This document shows, one piece after another, positions 1 to 6,560 of a stretch of DNA of 27,154 bases. Numbering within the stretch: the stretch's first letter is position 1; each line of letters opens with the position of its first letter. Both the position numbers and the translations under genes were made by a program. The notes beneath the pieces were generated by a model. The model did no database searches. It was not told where the DNA came from and was given only the letters and a program-made list of their open reading frames with translations. Source of the stretch: a bacterium (GTDB lineage Bacteria; Sysuimicrobiota; Sysuimicrobiia; Sysuimicrobiales; Kaftiobacteriaceae); the NCBI GenBank assembly GCA_044868695.1, contig JBIOWP010000130.1, positions 1-27,154 on the forward strand, given 5' to 3'.

Positions 1-15
1 CTGAACTACGGACCC
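1..15 (-). tRNA. Possible 5' end of a tRNA gene running off the left edge
   Basis: Minus strand reads GGGTCCG-TA-GTTCAG, the typical acceptor 5' strand/U8A9/D-stem start. Only 15 nt are visible. Confidence 0.4.
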
Positions 16-27
16 ATTTCGCATTTT

Positions 28-50
28 TGGTGGAGGCGGTGGGAATCGAA
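28..50 (-). repeat. att site: displaced 3' fragment of tmRNA
   Basis: Identical to 6561-6583. Minus strand reads TTCGATTCCCACCGCCTCCACCA (T-loop to CCA), and identity stops in the T-loop as expected for a crossover core. Confidence 0.9.
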
Positions 51-69
51 TCGGTCGCCCACCGTTTGT

Positions 70-191
70 CGTCTAGTTGTGTCTAGTCACGTTGGCCGCT
101 GTCAATGCGGCGTTTCGTGACTTCCGCGAACCCTCGTTCCCCCGTCTAGTATCGTCCAAAAACGTCTACTTTGGTCCCAAAATGGTCCCAA
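70..191. repeat. att arm region: 10-bp-periodic repeats and TGGTCCCAA pair
   Basis: cgtctagt 70-77, tgtctagt 80-87, cgtctagt 143-150, cgtccaaa 153-160, cgtctact 163-170, ggtcccaa 173-180 and 184-191. Confidence 0.6.
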
Positions 192-530
192 CGAGTTCCC
201 CGCGCGGCGGGACGTGCGGGCATCCGGCTGGCCAGAGCAAATCGTCCCACCATTCGGCCGGTGTGATCGGGATGCTGTCGAACAAGTGACCATACGTCTT
301 CATCGAATAGCCGGCGTCGGTGTGCCGCGCCCATTCGCCGATCTGCTTCGGGTGCTTTCCGCTTGCGATCAGCAGCGTCACGAACTGATGCCGCAGGTCA
401 TGCCAGGTGATCGGGTTCCGGATGCCCGCGCGGGTCTGCGCCTTCTTCCATTCGCGCGTGATCCATGACCCCGCGCCGATGGGCGTCAGTCCGTCCGTCG
501 AGAAGGCGTACCCCTCGCGCCAGGAGGCGC
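166..530 (-). pseudogene. Tyrosine integrase, C-terminal catalytic fragment only
   Basis: WHDLRHQFVTLLI...WARHTD...MKTYGHL contains HxxR, H and Y. The N-terminal two-thirds, including the first catalytic Arg, are missing. The gene points toward the att site. The 5' boundary is approximate. Confidence 0.8.
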
Positions 531-559
531 AACCGGAACGGGCGTCTGAGGTTGGCTTC

Positions 560-853
560 ATGCTCCTGGCCGAGAACCTGCGGAGCGTCCTCTACCGCTA
601 CGGCGGCGACGAGACTATGCGGCCGGAGTGGGCGCGGGAGCCGTACACTTGGCGGGATCCCGGCTACCGCCTCACGGTCGCGGAGGCGCTGAAGGCGCTT
701 GACTGCCTTGAATACCAGTCCTGCGAGCATCCGGGCTGGCACGACTCGGAGGCGGCGCAGTTCGCCGAGGCGTTGCGGCGCGCGCTGGTTCACGCCTTGA
801 AGGGTTACGAGGCCGCGCCGTGGGAGTGGACGAAGGTTCCCGCGGGGGTTTGA
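560..853 (+). CDS. Phage/ICE-type hypothetical protein, probably N-terminally truncated
   Basis: MLLAENLRSVLYRY...KALDCLEYQSCEHPGW...PWEW resembles a mobile-element hypothetical family as I recall it. It has GC-rich codon usage and its stop lies just before the RBS of the next gene. The start is uncertain. Confidence 0.6.
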   Translation: MLLAENLRSVLYRYGGDETMRPEWAREPYTWRDPGYRLTVAEALKALDCLEYQSCEHPGWHDSEAAQFAEALRRALVHALKGYEAAPWEWTKVPAGV

Positions 854-864
854 GGGAGGCGGTC

Positions 865-1911
865 ATGGGCCTGGAGGCAATTCGAAGGCTATTGTTCGGG
901 GAGCCTTACGTCGACGTGCCGGTTGTGGTCGAGCCGGAGCCGCCCGGACCGGACGTGCGGGAAGATCCGCAGCCCCGCGACCCGACGATGCCGCGGAGCT
1001 TCGCGGAGTTCGTCGGGCAGGAGGAGGCCGTCAGGCTCCTCAAGGCGGAGGTCGCTGCGGCGAAGCGCGAGGGGCGCCTGCTGTCGCACCTTCTCCTCTA
1101 CGGCCCGCCGGGGGTCGGCAAGACGGCGCTGGCCTTCATCCTGGCCGAGGAGATGGGCTACGCGGTCTACGAATCGACTGGCGCGGAGTTCCCGACGCAG
1201 GCGGAGATGATCCAGACGCTCGGCCGGGTCGGGGAGCTGTGCGCGAATGCTGGCAGGCCGGCCGTGTTCCTTCTGGACGAGGTCGACGGCATGGCGCGGA
1301 CGGCCTCCTACCCACTCCACAGTCTCATGACCTCGGGTTACGTCCAGTGGCGGGGGGCGAAGTACGGCCCGGCAAACGTAACGGTCCTGGCGACGACCAA
1401 TCACATGGCGCGCGTCCACCGTGCGCTGAAGTCGCGCTTTCAGGAGGTCGTGCTCATCGACTACTACTCCCCGGTCGAGCTCGCGGAGATCGCGTTCTGG
1501 TCCGCCGTCCGGATGGGATTCGACCTCACGGCGGAGACGGCACTGTTCATTGGCGAAAACGCGGCCGGCGAGCCGCGGAAGGTCGTGAGACGGATCCTGC
1601 GGACGGTCGCGAACCTCCTGGACGGCCGCGCGGAGGCGGACCTCGGGCTGGTGCGGGAGGCGCTTCACCTGTCGGGGCTACGGCCGAAGGGCCTCATGCG
1701 GTCGCAGTTCGACTATCTCCGGTTCCTCGCGTCGTGCGAGGACGGGACGGCCGGCGTCAATTCGGTGGCGGCCTTCCTCGCGGAGGATCCAGAGGACGTC
1801 AGGGGAGAACACGAGCCTTTCCTCATCCGGTCGGGGCTCGCCGTCGTGACGCGGAGCGGAAGGAAAATCACGGAGGCCGGGCTACGATACCTCGCGGAGG
1901 TGCCGAGTTGA
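865..1911 (+). CDS. RuvB-like AAA+ ATPase (divergent, island-borne)
   Basis: PRSFAEFVGQ, HLLLYGPPGVGKT (Walker A), LLDEVD (Walker B), ATT, LKSRF, GEPR and C-terminal EPFLIRSGL..TRSGR winged helix. GGAGG RBS precedes ATG 865. Confidence 0.85.
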   Translation: MGLEAIRRLLFGEPYVDVPVVVEPEPPGPDVREDPQPRDPTMPRSFAEFVGQEEAVRLLKAEVAAAKREGRLLSHLLLYGPPGVGKTALAFILAEEMGYAVYESTGAEFPTQAEMIQTLGRVGELCANAGRPAVFLLDEVDGMARTASYPLHSLMTSGYVQWRGAKYGPANVTVLATTNHMARVHRALKSRFQEVVLIDYYSPVELAEIAFWSAVRMGFDLTAETALFIGENAAGEPRKVVRRILRTVANLLDGRAEADLGLVREALHLSGLRPKGLMRSQFDYLRFLASCEDGTAGVNSVAAFLAEDPEDVRGEHEPFLIRSGLAVVTRSGRKITEAGLRYLAEVPS

Positions 1912-2228
1912 CGAAGCCGAGCCGGTATGTGACCGTCGAGGAGGCCGCCGAGCTATTGCCTGCGGGGAAACCCGGCAAGGCCCACATGACACGCGCCCAA
2001 CTTTACAATGTCATCCGATCGGGCGAACTCCGATTCGTGAAGAGAAAGGTTCTGCGCCGTGCCGATGTCCTGCGATTAGCCGACCGCCGCGCCCGGGCGA
2101 AGGCGCGCGAGGAGGCCGCTAAGGCCGCCAAGGAAAAGAGGCAACGGCTGGAGCAGAGGATCGCCGCCGCCGTCATGGCGGAGGACGCCGCGGAAGGAGG
2201 CGGGTCCGATGCACTTGGGAAAGTTTGA
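1908..2228 (+). CDS. Excisionase-like HTH DNA-binding protein with basic helical tail
   Basis: TTG start overlaps the upstream TGA (TTGA), with GGAGGTG RBS. Translation: MTKPSRYVTVEEAAELL...TRAQLYNVIRSGEL (HTH_17/Xis-like). It is the 3' part of the 1239..2228 ORF. Confidence 0.7.
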   Translation: MTKPSRYVTVEEAAELLPAGKPGKAHMTRAQLYNVIRSGELRFVKRKVLRRADVLRLADRRARAKAREEAAKAAKEKRQRLEQRIAAAVMAEDAAEGGGSDALGKV

Positions 2229-3036
2229 GGAACACTTGCGGGCGACGTGCGGGAGCGAGCGGACGGTGCGGGCCTACGTCGCGGACAGCAGGGCGTTCGT
2301 GCGGTTCCTCGGCGGGCGCCCTCCTGACATCGACGCGGTCGAGGCCTGGGTGTCGGGCCTGAACCACGGAGCCAACCGCCCCCAGACGATTCAGCGGAAG
2401 CTGTCCGCGGTCCGCCGGTACCTCGGCTACGAAGCGCGCCACGGCGACGAGGCGGCGCAGAAGTCGCTGCTGATCCTGCGCGACTACCGGGGCACGCCGC
2501 CCGTCCGGCAAGTCGACGTCGAGCGGGTGCGGGCGATCACGCGCGAGGAGTACGCGGCGCTGCGCGGGAAGGCCGACGCCCGGATGAAGGCCCTGCTGGC
2601 CGCGGCGTGGTGGACGGGGGCGAGAGTGAGCGAGCTTCTCGGCGACCCGCTGACCGGCATCCCCGCAATGACGGCCGCGGATGGGCTACAGCTCGTGCGC
2701 GAGGGATACGCCGTCACGCGGGGGAAGGGCGGCAAGGTCCGCGTCCTAGTGCTGCCCTCCGCGGGGCGCGCAGACCTGCGGGCTTACGCCGAGACCCGGC
2801 AGTCGGGCGCGCTGTTCGAAATCACGCCACAGGGCCTGAACGCCTGGCTGCACCGCGCTGGCTTCCCCGGCGGGATCCATGCGTTCCGCCACGCTTACAG
2901 GTCGCGGCTCCGGCAGGCCGGGGTCGGCGAAGAGATGCAGGCCCGGCTGTTGGGGCACGGGCCGCGAACGGTAACGCAAGGCTACGGGCCGGCGGAGGCT
3001 GAGGAGATGGCGGCCGCCGTCGAGAGGCTTTCTTGA
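2209..3036 (+). CDS. XerC/D-type tyrosine recombinase
   Basis: SERTVRAY N-terminal domain; TGARVSEL, GKGGKVR, HAFRH, LLGH, TQGY. The catalytic set R-K-H-R-H-Y is intact. Confidence 0.9.
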   Translation: MHLGKFEEHLRATCGSERTVRAYVADSRAFVRFLGGRPPDIDAVEAWVSGLNHGANRPQTIQRKLSAVRRYLGYEARHGDEAAQKSLLILRDYRGTPPVRQVDVERVRAITREEYAALRGKADARMKALLAAAWWTGARVSELLGDPLTGIPAMTAADGLQLVREGYAVTRGKGGKVRVLVLPSAGRADLRAYAETRQSGALFEITPQGLNAWLHRAGFPGGIHAFRHAYRSRLRQAGVGEEMQARLLGHGPRTVTQGYGPAEAEEMAAAVERLS

Positions 3037-3153
3037 GGGGGAGGCGACGGGAAAAGGACGGGTTGAACCGCTACGGACACGAGGGTTGTGTGATTGAGCC
3101 CATCTTCAGCAGATACTTCGCTCCTCCAAGAACGGACTGGTGAGAAACATTTG

Positions 3154-3759
3154 TCACCGAGACACCGGACCGGCGACTTCTCCCCCCGTTACGAGGCCCG
3201 TTGTCGGATTCAGGCGTAGGACGACCACGGCTCCTGGTTGCAGCTTATCTTGGGAGACAAATTGCCCCCCCAGAATGAATCGCGCACTCTCTGTGAGCGC
3301 GAATTTCCGACCGTCGGCAAATGACACCTCGGATCCATTGATCGCGGCAAGCTTGCCCTGGGCTTCGCGGGCCCGCACTTCGACGATATTCACAAAAGTT
3401 CCCGGTGGCCAAGGGCTCCCTCCACCGACTTCCACTACGAGCATAACGAAGTCACCTTTGAAGACTCTGTCAAGGCTGATCGGCGTAGTCTGATTTGTTT
3501 CAACATTCACTTTCGTGACCGCCGTTCTCTCCGTGACCACGAACGTGCGTCTGGTGGACCCCAGCAGGTCAACCACAAGCTGCTGGGGCGTGCTGTTCGT
3601 GTCTACCTGCACAACAACCCCCGGAGAATTTCCCCCCTTTGGGGGTGAACTTCCAGCCCAACTCATCTGCGAAAACGCTCGGGCTGGAAGCCCTGCAGCC
3701 AGGATGGCGGCCAGAATCGATGTAATCCCGAATGTCATCCGCACTCTGCTAGTTCTCAT
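3154..3759 (-). CDS. Secreted hypothetical protein with two beta-rich (OB-like) repeats
   Basis: Signal peptide ending ..PARAFS. Two similar units (V.ERTAVT..SLDRVFKGDFVML and L.ESARF..SQDKLQPGAVVVL). Confidence 0.6.
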   Translation of the reverse strand: MRTSRVRMTFGITSILAAILAAGLPARAFSQMSWAGSSPPKGGNSPGVVVQVDTNSTPQQLVVDLLGSTRRTFVVTERTAVTKVNVETNQTTPISLDRVFKGDFVMLVVEVGGGSPWPPGTFVNIVEVRAREAQGKLAAINGSEVSFADGRKFALTESARFILGGQFVSQDKLQPGAVVVLRLNPTTGLVTGGEVAGPVSR

Positions 3760-3794
3760 GTATTTTCACCCACCGATTTGTCTGCCCCAGGAAA

Positions 3795-4733
3795 TCAAGG
3801 GGTAGTCACCACCCATGAGGCATCCGGACCTCCGGACTCATGGAGCGTATAGGTTGGACTCTCAGTAAAGCACCATCCGCGGGTAAAATAATCAGAATTG
3901 GATGTAGTCAAGTTGACCCAGCGATTGTTCAGGAACACCTTCAGGAAGAGCACCGAAATCCCCACCGGACGACCAGGATCGCTGTTCAGTGATGGGCAGC
4001 TTGCGTAGGTGTACTTGAAGTAGTTCTCATGCTGCGACCACCCCCCCGGCACCAGGGGCTTGTTTGTTGTCGTCAACGAGTACATGACCTCCCAAGACCC
4101 TATGTCTTTTCTAAAAAGCAAGCTTGTGTAGGTGGTCTTGCTCTCCTGGATGACCTCCGTGAAGAAGAGGTGGGGCGTTTGGACCTCATACATGTACCGC
4201 TGGAAAAACGTGTCATCAATCGTGATCCTAGCTACAACACCGTGGGCTACGCAATGGTCCCATGTCCACACTTCCCGGAGCGTACTGGCTTGGCCGGCGG
4301 CGCGGAAGTAGGCTGTCACCGTTTCCAAACAGTTACCGGAATTCATCGCAGTGGGCGCATACAGATAGGCGACACCGGATGGAACTGGGGGTAATTGAAG
4401 CGTCAAGTGAGCTTGATGACCCCCATAGTAGCCCTTAGCGTTCTTTGCTGGTTGGGTAGGACCAAAATCTATCCCTGCCTGACCATCCCCCGGCGTGGGT
4501 GGTGAAGACACATACCGGGGAGGAGGAGTGGGAAATGGCTTAAGAACGATGTCTGCCGTTGCCCACGGGAGGAGATGAATCTCCTCTGGAAGCGCGGGCA
4601 TGGGTGCTGAAGAAGGGACGGCAAACTGAGCTACCGCCCTGGGGACGAACGACGCCAAAACAGCAACGAGGCCAGTTAGAAGCAGAACGATTACGAGCGA
4701 GTAACGAAATTGTGTCGCCGGGGTCATTGGCAA
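3795..4733 (-). CDS. Secreted hypothetical protein (Pro-rich linker plus beta-rich domain)
   Basis: 312-aa ORF with an N-terminal hydrophobic signal, a Pro-rich segment and an aromatic-rich domain with 4 Cys. Confidence 0.7.
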   Translation of the reverse strand: MPMTPATQFRYSLVIVLLLTGLVAVLASFVPRAVAQFAVPSSAPMPALPEEIHLLPWATADIVLKPFPTPPPRYVSSPPTPGDGQAGIDFGPTQPAKNAKGYYGGHQAHLTLQLPPVPSGVAYLYAPTAMNSGNCLETVTAYFRAAGQASTLREVWTWDHCVAHGVVARITIDDTFFQRYMYEVQTPHLFFTEVIQESKTTYTSLLFRKDIGSWEVMYSLTTTNKPLVPGGWSQHENYFKYTYASCPSLNSDPGRPVGISVLFLKVFLNNRWVNLTTSNSDYFTRGWCFTESPTYTLHESGGPDASWVVTTP

Positions 4734-4888
4734 TTACCATCCCGACGCTTTGACTGGCACTCATTGCATGACTCCCCGCTAGACGGTCGCGAGTATGATG
4801 TATCGTAGTCCGAAGTAGGCCAGTTAGAGCAGTTAGAACAATAATGCCAGGTATCGCTCCCGCGCCGCCTCCGGTGTGTGCTTGCCAT
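4724..4888 (-). CDS. Small Cys/His-rich protein (54 aa, putative Zn-binding)
   Basis: GGAGG RBS before ATG 4888. MASTHRRRRGSDTWHYCSNCSNWP...CNEC...NCQ. Confidence 0.7.
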   Translation of the reverse strand: MASTHRRRRGSDTWHYCSNCSNWPTSDYDTSYSRPSSGESCNECQSKRRDGNCQ

Positions 4889-5099
4889 TGAATAACCCTC
4901 CCCTTTTTGTGGAATCATTCAATGGTGAGTAAGCCTTTACCTGCCGCCGTGTATCTGACAGCGGGTGGCGACACCGGTGGAGTACGAACATACGTTGGTG
5001 GCTATCGGTTGTCGTCCTGGGGCAAAAACCTGAGTGATCCGGCAGGAGTCTCGTGCGACACTGAATATTGCTTTTACAGTGGGTTGTGGGTAGGGTGGA

Positions 5100-5172
5100 T
5101 GAGCGGGGATGGACTCGAACCCTCAGCCCCCTAGGTACGATGTAGGTGCGCTACCTGTTCTGCTACCCGCTC
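5100..5172 (-). tRNA. Degenerate tRNA-like gene, anticodon CGT (Thr-like)
   Basis: GAGCGGG/CCCGCTC acceptor stem, TA at 8-9, TTCGAGT T-loop, CCTA/TAGG anticodon stem with loop ATCGTAC. Mismatches in the D, anticodon and T stems, and no encoded CCA. Confidence 0.65.
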
Positions 5173-5187
5173 GCAATCCAGATCGTA

Positions 5188-5263
5188 TGGCGCGCCCGGT
5201 GGGATTCAAACCCACGACCAGCCGATTAGTAGTCGGCCCCTCTCTTCCCTGAGGTACGGGCGC
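5188..5263 (-). tRNA. tRNA, anticodon ACT, Arg-type class I body
   Basis: GCGCCCG TA CCTC AGGGAAGA GAGG G GCCGA CTACTAA TCGGC TGGTC GTGGG TTTGAAT CCCAC CGGGCGC G CCA. 76 nt, all four stems fully paired. Confidence 0.85.
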
Positions 5264-5266
5264 ACC

Positions 5267-5320
5267 AAAACGAGGCGGGCCAGCTGTTCGCGCAAGTCGC
5301 GATCAGCCGTGCCCGCCTCG
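5267..5320 (-). terminator. Long hairpin plus short T-run directly upstream of the tRNA(ACT)
   Basis: cgaggcgggc/gcccgcctcg outer stem with inner stems cggctg/cagctg and tcgcg/cgcga, followed by TTTT on the minus strand. Confidence 0.45.
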
Positions 5321-5377
5321 CTGTCAAGACGGAGGGGCTTTCACCGTCCCCACACCACAAGCCCTGGGGCACCCTCG

Positions 5378-5407
5378 ATTCTAGTTGTCCACAGGTAGAA
5401 TTGTAAA
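5378..5407 (-). promoter_or_regulatory. sigma70-like promoter for the RNA cluster
   Basis: TTTACA-18 bp-TAGAAT on the minus strand. The spacer contains TGTGGACAA (DnaA-box-like). Confidence 0.5.
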
Positions 5408-5544
5408 GACGTACTAGTGTTCGATATATTGGGCGACACCAGCCGAAGGATTAGTGTGGCAAGAGGTGGCTAGGATCCTCTCATTTCCCATCCTCCTCCT
5501 CCTACTTGGGTTTGCCTCGCTCTCGGCAAGTACCTTTCGTGTGT

Positions 5545-5970
5545 TTATCTCAGCATCTGAGCGGAGACCTTGCGGCAGACGGTCTCAGATCCGTTGTTTG
5601 GATTCACGCAGATGGTATCGTACCGCCCTGAATGGCCCGGCTCCCGTTCGTTGCAGGTGGGCTTGAAGTAGTCGTAGAGCCACCACTCCAAGTCGTCGCG
5701 ATCAGATGCCGACGGCCACACGGCATACTGGAACTGGCAATAGAAATCCCTGAGTTTTCGGGCGTTGCAGGGATTCAACTCATTTTCCGGGAGATGGTCG
5801 CGCAGACGGGCGCGCAGATCAAGAGCCTTTCCGACGTAGTGGACGAAATTCTTGTCGCCGGATAGATGCATCAACCTGTAGACGCCGCCCTCCGGTGGGA
5901 CCGTGGAGAGGGAATTCTCGCTCATCGGTTGCATGCTGCTCCATGTCACGGCGAAGTTTCGCGTTCCCAT
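5545..5970 (-). CDS. Stand-alone GIY-YIG nuclease family protein
   Basis: GGVYRL...HYVGKALDLRARLRDH...DDLE...FKPTCN matches GIY-YIG motifs with catalytic R, E and N. GGAG RBS before ATG 5970. Confidence 0.8.
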   Translation of the reverse strand: MGTRNFAVTWSSMQPMSENSLSTVPPEGGVYRLMHLSGDKNFVHYVGKALDLRARLRDHLPENELNPCNARKLRDFYCQFQYAVWPSASDRDDLEWWLYDYFKPTCNEREPGHSGRYDTICVNPNNGSETVCRKVSAQMLR

Positions 5971-6051
5971 GCTCGTCTCCAGTTCTGGTTCGGGGGCACT
6001 TACGCTCAACCGGCCAGCGACGTGCGCCCGGAATGTGTAGCTGTTTGTTGC

Positions 6052-6204
6052 CCCAGAAATTCTGGGTCGACGCCCCCAGGGGGAGGAGTTCGGCGGGAAT
6101 ACGTCGTAGCCGGTAATGCGACCGAGGGCACCGGACCGAATTCCTCGCCCCTGGGTCAGATCGGAAGCCAACAAGCCAAGCCCAAACTTGGCTTGTTGGT
6201 TTTC
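6052..6204 (+). ncRNA. Candidate structured RNA with terminal terminator-like hairpin
   Basis: Hairpin 6052-6066; long stem 6075-6093/6136-6155; inner gtcgta/tgcgac; 13-bp perfect hairpin ccaacaagccaag/cttggcttgttgg followed by TTTT. Confidence 0.4.
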
Positions 6205-6387
6205 ATACTCTTCTCATCGCTCAGCCCCCTCTCCGTCAGCTACCCTTATGTCTGTTCGGCTGTACCGAACACCACAATATCTGGGGCCACGCAGAGTCTA
6301 ATCCCCCATGTATTGGGTGTCAATGGTTCTCCCAGTAGCGACCGTCTGTTCGATTCGTTCATTGCTGGATGGGTTTCTGGGTGCCGT

Positions 6388-6451
6388 TGTGGATCACCTT
6401 GTGGGCAAAGTGCGAGTTTCCGTGGATAACACTGGAATTTGGCGTGGATAG
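6388..6451. promoter_or_regulatory. Cluster of DnaA-box-like 9-mers
   Basis: tgtggatca 6388, tgtgggcaa 6400, cgtggataa 6421, cgtggatag 6443. Each has 1-2 mismatches to TGTGGATAA, all in the same orientation. Confidence 0.35.
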
Positions 6452-6495
6452 GCCGGGGAAAGCAAAAGAAACCAGGTCAAGATCTTCCAATTCCC

Positions 6496-6514
6496 TGTCC
6501 CAATTCCGTCCCAA
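6496..6514. repeat. Integrase arm-type repeat pair
   Basis: tgtcccaa ttc cgtcccaa has the same GTCCCAA core, 11-bp period and orientation as 173-191. Confidence 0.65.
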
Positions 6515-6550
6515 AAAGCAAAGACGCGGGCGAAACCCCGCGTCCTGCTT
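6513..6550 (-). terminator. Rho-independent terminator downstream of ssrA
   Basis: aagcaggacgcggg gtttcg cccgcgtctttgcttttt on the minus strand. Confidence 0.8.
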
Positions 6551-6560
6551 AGAGATTCTG

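Noticed and set aside
1239..1907. 5' part of the 329-aa ORF 1239..2228
   Set aside because: It is an alternate frame inside the RuvB-like gene; only the part from TTG 1908 has an RBS and a protein-like motif.
865..1911. Calling this the housekeeping ruvB
   Set aside because: It lies inside an att-bounded island, has no ruvA or ruvC neighbours and has divergent motifs.
5018..5058. GGGCAAA...like a c-di-GMP-I (GEMM) start
   Set aside because: There is no GNRA-capped P2 followed by GACGCAAA and no receptor stem.
5992..6016. GGGCACTT...CAACCGGCC resembling a c-di-GMP-II riboswitch
   Set aside because: The intervening stem and the AGTGC pseudoknot partner are missing.
6075..6160. Twister- or HDV-like ribozyme assignment
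   Set aside because: GCCGG, GAGGG and TTCCTCGC fragments are present, but I could not build the required nested pairings.
5971..6174. N-terminal extension of the GIY-YIG ORF, and plus-strand ORF 5866..6429
   Set aside because: Neither is protein-like; ATG 5970 has an RBS and the region is dominated by RNA stems.
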